A stretch of DNA of 63,417 bases, filler included, from Lenisia limosa (taxonomy: Eukaryota > Protista > Breviatea): NCBI GenBank assembly GCA_001655205.1. It is 14 parts of 14 records of this genome, joined end to end, with 100 filler letters (N's around TTAATTAATTAA, not from the genome) between each part and the next. Parts side by side here need not be neighbours in the genome. Positions count along the whole stretch, not along the records: positions 47,604 to 59,702 come from LPNZ01002828.1; positions 59,803 to 63,417 come from LPNZ01002467.1; 12 more parts are not named here. One strand, given 5' to 3'. The notes under the pieces are model-generated. The model worked only from the letters and a program-made list of their open reading frames with translations. It searched no databases and was not told the DNA's origin. This document shows positions 50,601-62,481 of this stretch, in pieces. The first letter of the stretch is position 1, and every line of letters begins with the position of its first letter. The position numbers were made by a program, and so were the translations under genes.

Positions 50601-53600
50601 AACATATTATAATATTCGCACCTGGAGCTTCAGAGTTAGTTCTCTGACAACCACCACTGCTTCAGTCCGGGCTCTGGCCTCTGAATCAAACCTACAAGCG
50701 TTATTGTCTCAAAACAAGTAGGTGATTGTTACGACAAGATTGCCAAAATCTGCCCTCTCCCAGTACCTTTGTTGCCACTGTAAAATGCTCTTATTAGCCT
50801 CCTCTTCTGCCTGGGCCTGGGCATCGCTCTGAGGAGGGTAAACTAAGACCATTTCAACAAAGAATATTGGCGTAAAGGTGAAAATCAAAAATAAAAACAA
50901 AAAATATAAATAAAAACAACTGTGTAAAAAAGCAGTCAAAAAAGGGCTAGAAGGTAGGCACTACCTTCCCGTAATGTTGACAACAAACAAGCGATGACGT
51001 CTACGCATACCTGGTTTACAAGCTGGTTGTGCGTGAGCTGCTTTAAGTGGGCCAAATCTACAAGATAAATGAACATTCACGACCGCCTTGTATCACATCA
51101 CCGGTGCCCCACTGTTATTGGCCGTTTCGAGTTCGTTCTGTAGCCTTGCCTTGTCCTCTTCCGCAACAATGCGGCCACGTGTTTCGCTTTCAAAACCGCG
51201 CTACGAGATGAATACGTCTGTTAATGCTGGAAAGAACATGGGATCCAACTTCATACCTGCCATTCTGCCATTTCCCTTCTGAGCACTTCGTTGGCTTCAT
51301 CCAATTCTAGCGGGTCATACAGGGTTCGGAAGAGTAACACGCCCATGAGTACTTTGAGGACTGGAAGCTATATTCACCCCCACGCACCCTGAGCATGAAG
51401 CGACAGTCGATGTAACTCCGCATGACTCGGTCGATTACGGTCAGCTTCCCCTGGATGTTAGAAGTATCACAACAAACTACTGCCTTTGTGACAATGAGAT
51501 CGATTGTAAATGACCCCCCCCCCCCACTTGCNNNNNNNNNNNNNNNNNNNNNNNNNNNNNNNNNNNNNNNNNNNNNNNNNNNNNNNNNNNNNNNNNNNNN
51601 NNNNNNNNNNNNNNNNNNNNNNNNNNNNNNNCCTTGCTTCATCCTGCATGGCTGCCTCAGCCCTTTTCGATGTTGCTACCGCCTACAGAGGTCAGGACTC
51701 ATGGAGATGATAGCAAGTACGGCTTCTTCGGTTCGGGAAAATATCGATAGTTTTCGAGGATTATCGAGAAATTCAGTATTACCGAAGTGAAGCCCTGATT
51801 GCAAGCGAACAAAACAACGAATAACATACCATATACTACTATTATGTAGCTGTAGCTTCAACCACTCCCGCTACCCCCACCTCATCAGCCATAGCCTCCG
51901 TCTCTTGAACTTGACGCAGTGCTGCGTTCCGCGCTCCTTCAGCCTCCAAGCGAAGCTCTTGTTCGGCTTGCCGCGCCTGCAAAGATGACAACACGGCGGG
52001 GTATCAACTTGGGATTCTTGTGAAAAAGATGGAATTCCTATATTTTACAGGGGGAATCGCATGTCATTTTATGGAAATCTGAATATTTTTTTTTTTTTGG
52101 ATTCTCAAATAATACAAGGGAACAAGTCGATGCGCCGTCGTGAACAGCCCCCTGATTCTCTTTTTGATGGGCCAACCCACTCTTTCCTTGTCGGCGATTC
52201 TCTGTTCCAAAGAAGTGATGTTTTCACGAGCGTGCTGTAGAGCCGTCATGGCTGCGTCAGCCTCCTGAAATGGTCAGAAAACACCCCAAGTCGGCATATA
52301 AGCAGGCCCTGGTACTCTTTGTGCGGTGTCTGCTTTGGCGTTACTCTCACGCGCAATTCGCTCCGCCTCGAATGTCGCATTGCTGCAGGGTGAAAAAGGG
52401 CATTTATTGCGACGAGGCAAAAACACAAAACGAATTGAACGGATGTTACATTTTTCCTGGGGAGTTTTTGAACATTAAACATAATTGCACATTGAGCCTA
52501 TTTGTAGTGGGCGCCAACCGGGCAGCCTGGACGGCAGTTGGACCCTGTTCGGCATCCAAGGCGGCGCGCGTGTCTCGCAGCACACTACTGGCTCCCTGTC
52601 CGTGAGGAAATGTCGAATAAAACAAGGTAATTCTTAAAAAAGCTTTAGGATTATAAATACCAATCACCCAATCATTTGCCTTGTAATAAGAACACCGCCT
52701 ATTTGCTCTTAATTTCTAAAACTTCCAAAACAGTCACCCCCTACATCGAGCTCAGACTCCATGCGGCGGATACGATCCAAAAGTTTAGCATGGTCGTCCT
52801 TGGCCGCTGCCAGTGACCGTTCAGCATTCTCGCGGCTCCGGGCCTCAGATGCTGCATCCCTGGGGGGGGGGGAGGTAACGGGAACAATATTGGCTATAAA
52901 TTGGATATGATACTAATATGTATATGTCTGTATGTACATGTATATCATTCATAATATATATGTATATATGCATATGTTATGAAAATATAGCAATATCGTA
53001 TTTTAAACTACCTTTGCGCCTCAATTGCACGGCGTTCAGCAGACTCCAAACGGTATCGAAGTTCGCTATTGTCGTCTAAAGGTCAGGGAAGAGGGGGGGA
53101 GTAAGACACCAATAGAGTCACGGAAGGAGGTATGAAGAAAGGGAAGGTAGGTACATGGAACACATACCAGTCAAATTGCGGGCCTCCCGACGGGTATCAC
53201 TCAGTTCGTTTGGCAGCGCCTAAATGGTGAAGGCGGGTATCAAGGAAGAAATAATAATAAAGAGTATAAGTATCATATCTACTTTAATATGAGGATTGCC
53301 CACCCTCAGCTCCTCGATCTGAGTTTTGAGGCTGTTGTTTATGGACATGAGTTCCCTGGCAGTCTCCTGGTCACTCTCCATTTGCTGCATCAACGCGTGC
53401 ATTTCTTGCTCATGCCCTATGAGGTGAAGGAAATTACCCGTTATTCCATTCAAATAGGTGTACCCATTGAAATAATAAGACCAGTTCCACGCACCTATTG
53501 AGCGCTGTGTTTCGGCCATTCTCGATTCCGACTGTTCAGTTTCCAGTGCTTGGAGACGAACCATCAAGTCCTACGTAATGATGATCAATATCCGGCAGCC

Positions 53601-55556
53601 CGGGCCAATGGCGTACTCTGTTTTGGTTTTCAGCCTCAACCGCTCGAGACGACAGACGTGTCACTTCATCACTCGTTAGTCGACTCTCCATTTCAGCGTT
53701 GCGACCTGCCTCCTCCGACTGTCGTGCGGTCTCACGAGACCTGGGGGGAGTAAAGTTGGAAAATTTATGAAACAAAAAGAGCCCAAATCAACTCTGTNNN
53801 NNNNNNNNNNNNNNNNNNNNNNNNNNNNNNNNNNNNNNNNNNNNNNNNNNNNNNNNNNNNNNNNNNNNNNNNNNNNNNNNNNNNNNNNNNNNNNNNNNNN
53901 NNNNNNNTTGCTGCTGTGAGCGAGAAACCTAAACCGTCACCTCTGACAGTGTCACGTTGGCCGGATTTGTGTCAACCCAAATTGAATATCCTATTATTGC
54001 TACGACACCTGAGATACGACCCGCCTGATAGAGGACATGAAAAATGTGAGACAATATTCTGGTGAACAAGATCGTACTCAAAAATGGAAATCCCATCACA
54101 CCTCTTCTCTGGCTGAAAGTAGAGACTCCTCAGCTCGCTGCCTCTCTAAGGTAACAGCTAAACTGTTAACAGGCAAATTCACATTTAGCCTTATCATGAC
54201 AAGAAAAAACCAAAGAGATTACACACTTCATCCTACATGAAACTGTATTTTGCACCCTGGTAAGCTGAGTCTTCAAGTCTGAAACCTCAGCCTGGTACTA
54301 AAGGGTAAATAAGATAGAGTGGCCATGAAAAAAGGCACAAAGCATACATCATTGATTTGCCTGAGATAGTCCGAAATTTCACTGTCATGCTGCCGCACCA
54401 TTGCCATAGTTAAGTGAGAGGCCTGCGGGAAGGTCAGGCAAACAAGCGAAAAAGAAGAAAACGAAACTTAAGCTGTCAAGACTACCTCGGGGTTTGTTGC
54501 CTGGGCCTGTCGTGCATTGGCCTGGAGCTGAGCCACCTCGTCCCTCAAGGCTTGTGAGTCGCGGCGTGACCCCTGAATTGTCATATCCTGTTACTGGTCT
54601 GAAAAGGACCAAATAGATCTACAAATTATTCGAGGAATTCAAGTCTTTGCTGCCATGTAGAATCTCAAACAAACTTATGACTGTTGACATAACTGAGAAA
54701 AATGGAGGAATACAAAACGGAAAGCTTGAATAGTAGCAGGAAGTATTTTATATATACAAATAACTCTGTGTCAATCTTTTTTTTACAAGAAGGCACTTAC
54801 CTCCAGCTCAGCCCTTAGTCTCGAGGAGTTTGATGCTTCGTTGTTTAGCCTTTCCTCAAGAGTTGCAATCCGCTCCTGTCGGTCCTAGAGCACCCGTCCA
54901 TTAAAGGAAATAGGGGAGTGATAAAGATAGCCATGTTGGCTTTAATGTAGAATCCCCAAGGCAACAGTACACCCGACCACCGTGTCGCTACTGCTAAACG
55001 TTTGTGGACTTCTCTGGTACTGCTCTAGCCTCTTCTTCAAATCCCCAACTTCTTTGGTCAGTTTCCATTTCTNNNNNNNNNNNNNNNNNNNNNNNNNNNN
55101 NNNNNNNNNNNGACGTCCTGCACAGGGGAATCGTTGTAATTTGGTATTTTGACATTTGGCCCAAAGCCGTTACTCGTCAGACCTGTCTAAGGGCTTCAGA
55201 CCGTGCCTGTGATTGCAGTCTGGCTTCTAGTAAAAGATCACCAAGTTTGGCTTCATAAGCCTGGAGGGAAGGAGCTAAGTTGAGCAACTCAAAAAGATAC
55301 TTCAAGCAAATCATACCGTAATATCGCCAGAAAGTTCTAATTTAATCTGATCCGCTTCTAATAATGCTTCATTCCTTGCATTAGTACGTCCTTCCAATTC
55401 CACAAGTGCATCCTTTGAAGCAGAAAGTTCCTTCTCTAGCTCATCTTTTCTCTTTGTACAAATAGCCAATTCTCTGCGAAGCCTAATATGGTTAAGGATC
55501 CTACATAATTTGGTGAAAGGCACAACCCTCACCGAGCCGTTTCTTCGTCATCCCCT
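47690..55556 (-). CDS. Large coiled-coil protein (about 25 or more exons), possibly centrosomal/cytoskeletal
   Basis: Consecutive heptad-rich exons, e.g. RRLEDELRILTEIRRNFDAEKRDLETKLHDTE, QARQAEQELRLEAEGARNAALRQVQE, IRLRRELAICTKRKDELEKELSASKDALVELE. No diagnostic domain seen; ends are approximate. Confidence 0.7.
48144..48239. repeat. 35-bp tandem repeat x~2.8 directly following a truncated MITE
   Basis: Unit AATGATCATTTCATACCCACAAGGCCCTCGTATGT. Confidence 0.85.
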
Positions 55557-56246
55557 ACTGCGTAATACACAGGATTTGACATAATAAGTGATGCTAGAAC
55601 GCTAAGACTGTGCTATGGTGCTAGGAGGACCACTTGAAACTTGAAAAAAAAAAAATTCTCAGCAAAGTTGGATTGGTTTTGATAAGTCTTTTATTTTGTT
55701 GAAACTTTTTATTTTCTTTTCTCACCCAGTTCTTACCAGCAAACTGCACTCTATCGTTTTTATTAGTTGTATATCATATCGTATTGCTTACTAAAGTCCG
55801 AGAGTCCGATCTTTGCTTTTTATTGCCTTTTTATTTTTTGGCAACTAGCCTGTTCCTTTTTGATCATCCCTTTTGTGCTTAGTTTTACTTCTGAACCTGT
55901 AAGCAGTTAAAGGGAAGAATATAACTAATAAACAAACGAGACAAGAGGGTGATGTTTCCCTGGACTGATTGGGTTTGTTCTGTTCTGGATATGAAGGGCG
56001 TCAATGGAGGGCTTTGTAATTGAACTCAGCCCCCACATTGCCACGGTTGAAGGCTTTATTTTTTGGCTGTTTTCATGATAATTCCACAACATTTTTGTTG
56101 TATCTTTCAGCGTGCTTGTTGGTTAATGGGTTGTGGACATAGTGCTATTCCCATGAAGGCCCTCTTCTCCCTCAGAATGCCCTCCCATAACAAAAACAGA
56201 GTTTTGTTGGGCCCTACACAAAGACCGCTCCGCTACCGCTGCAGCC

Positions 56247-59200
56247 ATGGATGCTCCAGGCATAGACCCAGCAGCTCTTTTGGGAGGTGGAGGGGGGGGG
56301 GCGCTACCATTATTGGCGTTGCTTGGACTTCGCTGACGATTTAGATTCATCATACAGCGATAGCTCAGTTCTTCTTTACCATGATGACCATGCTTCTTTT
56401 GCCACTGTATGCACTGGGTTTAATCTCCCTTTGAAATAACTTTCAATAATTTTACCTTGATTCGGTATTATTTAGAATCTCGCTGTTGACCTTGAATTCA
56501 TCGAAATATAGCACAGTACTCCTCCAAACCCCGGTGTGCAACAACCGACAAAGGCCAGTCTATCACGCAAGAGACGTGTCACACGCAACCTGGACAAATT
56601 CTTTGTCCATGTTTATGACTACTACGTTAACGGAGGGTTTTGGCCGCTTCTTCTCTCAAAATTCTTTAATTTATTGTATGCTGGCAGTGCAGTTCTTTGA
56701 TGTAACCATCTTTAGGACCTTAGCGTTTATCATTTCTTTTACAACATTTCTCCTCGTATGTGTTGATTACCATGTCTTATTCACGGCGTACTCGCTGGGC
56801 GAGGCTGTGGAGCTCGGTAACTTGAAACAGTGGGCTGGCCGATTAATTGGGCCTTTTCCAAATTCCATCAATTTCGATATTCTGTCAGCTTCACCTCTCA
56901 CCTCTCTAGTATGCACTGGGTATTTGTGACTTGCCAAGTGCTATTCTGGCTTTACTATCTCTGGGAGCTGGTTCACTTCATTTCTGATGTCAAAGTAGGT
57001 GTCACCGATATTGATTATAGTAGGGGGAGGCTTTGACATTCTCAGGTGTTTTGGGACATGAAACAGTTCTTCAACAAGGAGCTCCAGATTAATGAGGTAT
57101 TACTCTTGTACGTTGTCTTGAGCATTCAATCACGATATATCAGTCATGATCTTGCTTTATGATGTTACAATAAGGCTTCCCTACGGTCCGAAAAAGACCA
57201 GTAAAACATTGATATTTATCGAGACATTCAGTCTTGTTTGGGACCATAGCGAAGCCCTAGTAACAATTCTTGAACGATCACATTACAAATCCTCACAAAT
57301 ACTACCTGTTGTCTTTTACAAATTACTTTTATTGTACCAGGCTAACTTACCCACAATGGATTGGTGTGATGTTGTGGCTGCCTTAACTTGGTACCAGGTT
57401 GGTTGTCATAACACATTTTTATTTGTTGGATTGGTTTTTAATGCTTGGCTTCTTGTTCAATATTTCAGAGTTACAATCGGATAGTTATTGTGAAAGACAA
57501 CCTCTCCGCCCTTGATGTGACAAATCGCATCATGCGCAAGGATAACTACTTTGTTGCACTCATCAATAAGGTATGTTGCAGGGTTACGTTTATTTGCTTT
57601 TATTGCACATGTCGCTTTAAAGTTCATTTCAGGACATTTTGGATTTCCACATACCGTCACCGTTGGGCCTGCTTTCAAACTTCAAAGTAAGCATTTGTTC
57701 TTCCAAGACATTGCTTGGTTGTTTTATCGCCCTCGGTATGATGCTAACCTAGTAGCCTTTGACGCGATTGTTGGAGTGGATGATCCAGTTCTGCGTGTTC
57801 GGCCACGCGTTTCAGTCCTCACACACTATCAATAAGTCGTACCTTGATAAGTTCCAGAGAGAGAAGACAGCGAAACGTGAGCAGGCCTGAACTCGCTAAT
57901 AGTAGCATGCTGATACTCTGTAATAGTAACGTCTTTAGAACTGAAGCGTCGGTTTTTCATTCTTGGCTTCTTCGGGATCATTTTGGCACCGTTTGTCTTC
58001 GTCTTCCTCTTCGTCTACTTTTTCTTCCGATACGGTAAAGAAATTCATGAGAACGCGTGGGTGGCTTGTAAGGTCATTGTAGTTCTATACATTGCGGTGA
58101 CTTGTTGTTTATGAATGTAGGTCGGAATTCTTTGGACTGCGTAATTGGGCCCAGGTGGGGGTGTATGCTTTCAGCCGATAACACCCATCCAAAGTTGAAT
58201 GATGAGAAAGACTCATTGCTAAATCCCTTCAGACTGCAACCTGGCGCATGAGAGAGTTCAATGAATTACCACACTTCTTCAAGAAACGTCTTTCTTTAGC
58301 CTGCAAGCCTGCGGGCAAGTTCATTGAGGTGATCTTGTGAGACAGCTTTTGTACATTCTCTCTCAAATCAGTACTTACAGTGCAGCAATTCCCTTCGGTT
58401 GCCCTTTCGATAGTAGCACGTTTTATTGCCTTTGTTGTCGGATCCTTTGCCGTCGTCCTCGTGGCCCTCTCAGTTTACGACGACAGCGTCCTCATCAATG
58501 TACACTTGATGCTTGGCCATACTCTTGTATTGTCATTTCTCACTCTCCTCTCAGGTGGAAGTGACGCATGAACGTTCTGTGCTCTGGTACCTTGGAATCC
58601 TTGGTACTGTACTTGCTATATGGTAGGACATTTCTTCTGTATTTCTGAGCAAGGACTTCGGCCCAACTAACGCGGCAGTCGAGCCCTTGTTCCTTCAGAT
58701 TTGACCATTTTCGATCCGAAAACGCACCTTCTTGAGGTAGACTGGGCGAATACTAGAGAAAATTGGGGTTACTATGTATCTATTGTATGTTACCATATAA
58801 GGTACAGTTTCACATTTCAGATGATCAGTTACACACACTATTACCCCAAGCACTGGAGAAATCAAGAAACCACCACTGAGGTACTTGGACTAAGTCAGCT
58901 TGTTGAGCTTTTTGCAGTTATCTTCAAATCATCCGATATTTCATAAGCTGTATCATTTGCTCTAGATTCTGGGGGAAGTTGAGGCTATGTTCAAATTCCG
59001 TATTTTGCTGTTTCTGGAAGAAATGCTCTCACCACTCTCCGCCCCATTGGTTCTTTGGTTCAGCCTTGCTCCAAGATCCTTGGAAATTGTCAATGTAGGA
59101 TAGTAATATTTTCCTTGGCCTGTTCCAAAGTCTCACTTAAACTACAGTTTATTGGAGACAATACCGTCTACATTGAAGGCGTTGGTGGGAGGGGAAGGAA

Positions 59201-59702
59201 TTGTCTTGTCCTTTCTGCCATTCTACAACTCATTCATTATTCTTTCAACTTTTGTAATTTCTGGCAGGTCATGTCTGTTCTTTTGCTCTCTTCGACTTTA
59301 CGGTGAGACAGAGCCATTGTTATCCTCAGAGATATTGGCATTAACCCTCATTAGAACCATGGAAACGCCTCTTTTGGCTCAGGACACACGACAAGTGCTT
59401 CATCTAAGGCCGGCAAAATGGAGAAGAGCTTCATGTCATTTGCGGTGAGACAATTGAGCAGTATTAATGTGGATTGTGAGAGAACCTTATTGACTTGTAT
59501 TCATTCTACAGGCACAGTACCCCTCTTGGAACCCTGACACAAGTGGCCAGGAGTTTCTTGAGCACTTGTCCAGGTATGCTTTGCTTATTGGTTCGCTGAT
59601 AATGGCCATATTGATCGAAGTAGGTTCGGTATCATGGAAAACCCCAGGCCTATAGAGCATAAGGCCGATAAGTCAAAGAAGGAGACAGGTCAGTGCATAT
59701 CA
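56247..59702 (+). CDS. ATG9: Autophagy-related protein 9 (lipid scramblase), multi-exon, 3' partial
   Basis: NLDKFFVHVYDYYVNGGF, FIISFTTFLLVCVDYHVLF, LSALDVTNRIMRKDNYFVALINK, VLVALSVYDD, YTHYYPKHW, TVYIEGVG/HVCSFALFD and GKMEKSFMSF appear in the ATG9 motif order. Start codon uncertain. Confidence 0.92.
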
Positions 59703-59802
59703 NNNNNNNNNNNNNNNNNNNNNNNNNNNNNNNNNNNNNNNNNNNNTTAATTAATTAANNNNNNNNNNNNNNNNNNNNNNNNNNNNNNNNNNNNNNNNNN
59801 NN

Positions 59803-62481
59803 TTGGGCTGGCTCCCGTAACAACTACTTCGTCAAGGGCGATTCCAAGTTTATGAACGGCTGCGAAAACGTTTGAGGGGCGGGGTAGTTCTATATGTCCA
59901 CAGAATTGTAAGGCAAATGATTGGGTGAATTAATTCATATTATACTCTAATCCAATATCTCTTATAAGCGTGACGGTGTGGACGGCTTCAGCCAGATACA
60001 ACCTTGTCTTTTATTTCTCATTACTATATATAATAGGCTTCGTTTTGAGCCAAAAGAGTTTTTTTGTTTTAGCTTTTAGTAATATCGTTTTCTTACCCCC
60101 CTCCCCAGCTCTGCACCAGCTATGTACCCAAGATTCTCGAGGTTCACCAGGCTGTTTCTGAAAACTGTGAGGGGAGGATGTTTGTGGAAGCTCTATGAAA
60201 TGGGGGTCGTGTAAATTTGGGCCAATCTGTTTGTTTTTAATCAATCAAAAAGAGTTCATTTTGACACGATTTACGATCTAGTTGGAATCAAGCCCAAGTA
60301 CACCCTTGTCTATGGCGAGCTTTTCGGAAACCTCTATCTTCCAATCGGTATGCTCTTCATGGCTACTATCATTGTTCTTCTCTAAGTGACTACTCCTTTT
60401 CACTTTTCTTTCTATTCTACCTTAGTTTTCTTTCTCATTGTATATTCTGTGACTAATCTTTTTTACTCCTTTTTATCACTTTTCTTCTCTGCTCCCTCTC
60501 GGATACGGTTCTTAAGTATTTCCATTAGCCTTCGTCATTGCCGCTTTAGCCTCATCCCATTCCATCAATCACCTTGTGTTTCTAGCCAGCAGTGGCTTTT
60601 TTTGTTTCACAAATTTTCCAATTTCGCTCCCCCTTCCGTCCTTTCCCAGTTCATCATCCCCCTCCAGAGCACCCCAAAAAGACCCCTGTCCAGAAGAGGG
60701 TTCAGTACCATCATGAGCTCCAATTCCTTGCTTTTGACATCTGCTATATCCCTGAGGGTTGGTTGGGGATTGGGAAAAAGGTTGTATCTGGCCGCAGCTG
60801 TCGACACCATCACGCTTAAAAGAGATATTAGACTACGCTATTAAAACCAGTTCCCCTTTTTCATTACCGTCACTTTTCAGATGCTGACACCACCGTTGTT
60901 GACGAAGATGATGTTTGCCCCCAGCGAGTTGTTCTCAGCTACAATGAATTCACTGCCATTTGCAAGAACGTTGACATTATGACTGTATGAAGGGTGGATT
61001 CATAGGTGTTATAACCACAAGTTGATTTCCTGTTATTTCATAAATAGTAACTTTCATCGCTCCTCTTCTCATTTACCCCACCTAGCCCCCCGAGATCCAA
61101 GTCGGAACTTATGAGGAATGCATGAACTTCAACCCCTTGTAAGTGGCGAACTTATTTGTTGGGCTCCGTGCAATTTAATTGAAAAATTAAATTCAAAATT
61201 TAAAGTCGGACATTTCACGAGAACCCTATTCCAGACACTTTTTAATTAAATTTAATACATACAGTGACTGGGATAAGCCTTGACTGATTTTCCTTGAGAA
61301 ATCACATAAACAATCAGTCAAGACTTATCCCGGTCACTGTATTGTGCCGTATCCAACGTGTATACACCTTGTTGATACCCCGCTTTCCTTTATTTACTAT
61401 TATTTTGTGTTTTTTGTTTCATAAATTTTCCAATTTCACACCCCCAGCATCCCCTCTCGCATTGCCACCACCCTCTACGGTCTGCCCGAGGTTGACAAGA
61501 ACATTGTTGAAGGAGTTGTGATGCGACCTGTTGACCAGAGGGGCTTCGCTAACCGCACCAAAATCAAGGTATGCTGAGATTTCATTGTTTTTCTGAAAAC
61601 GAATGTGAATCTTTAATTTTCGTTAACTTCTCGTCCCATATATAAACTGTCTTTAATCCCTCGTAGAATGCCATGTTCGAGGAGCTTGTCATCCAGTACA
61701 GCAAGCCGAAATCTGAGGGGCCTAAAGTTGCCAAGTTCAACCCTATGGAGGTGGGGGGGTGTGATTTTCCATGATACAACACTGTCGATTTTGTCCATTT
61801 TTCACATTTCTTTTTGATGAGACTTTTTTTCACAGTTCTTCTATTTTTCACAGTTTAGTTCTTCGCATCAAACTGCAACGAGAACCGCATTTGCTCCCTG
61901 GTCTCTAAGGTAGGAATAGGTTGTTTTATTATACTTTATTCTTTCATTCGCTCACCACCCTACCAAAATATCTCTTTCCTCACCACCCAGGTTGGTCCGG
62001 TTCCTGCCCGCGGTACCCCTGAGTTTGACACCTTCGTCAAAATGGTGATGGGTGTTTTTATGGCAATTTTTGTTTTTGACGCATTACACTTTTTTTGTCA
62101 CGTACTTTTATTAATTCAAACAGATCAGTTGACCTTTTTAATCATTTTATTGTAAAGTATATGATATATTATTTTATTTTTTTATTAATTCAAACAGATC
62201 GTGAAGGACATTGAAGAAGATCTCATTGAAGTCGAGGGCGACAAATACACTGCTGTATGGAGGTATCTTTTATCTCTTTTTAGCGGGATCGTGTGGACGG
62301 CTTTGACCAGATACCCTTGTTTTAAATTACTCACTCATTGCTATATTTTTCAAAAACTGAACATAATAGTATCACATGTCCCCCACCCCAGATTCCTGAG
62401 AAGGGCCGTGCCGGACTGTTAAAGAAGGCCGAAGGGGCTTGTCGAGGCAAGATCATCAAGATCACCGCCAAGGCTGGCTAA
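59803..62481 (+). CDS. RNA ligase of the T4 Rnl2 family (5' partial, about 12 exons)
   Basis: Motif III VYGELFG, PVQKRVQY...FLAFDI (IIIa), motif IV EGVVMRP, motif V KIK/NAMFEE, and the Rnl2 C-terminal-like NENRICSLVSK/VG...VKDIEED. Motif I lies upstream of the scaffold start. Confidence 0.82.

Noticed and set aside
62284-62290. 7-nt micro-exon in the RNA ligase gene
   Set aside because: It would need a 21-nt intron. The donor GCT|GTATGG at ~62255 gives the correct phase without it.
12662-62481. A single giant endogenous virus comprising pPolB, D5 helicase and RNA ligase
   Set aside because: The three genes are on separate scaffolds divided by artificial linkers, and differ strongly in base composition and intron content.
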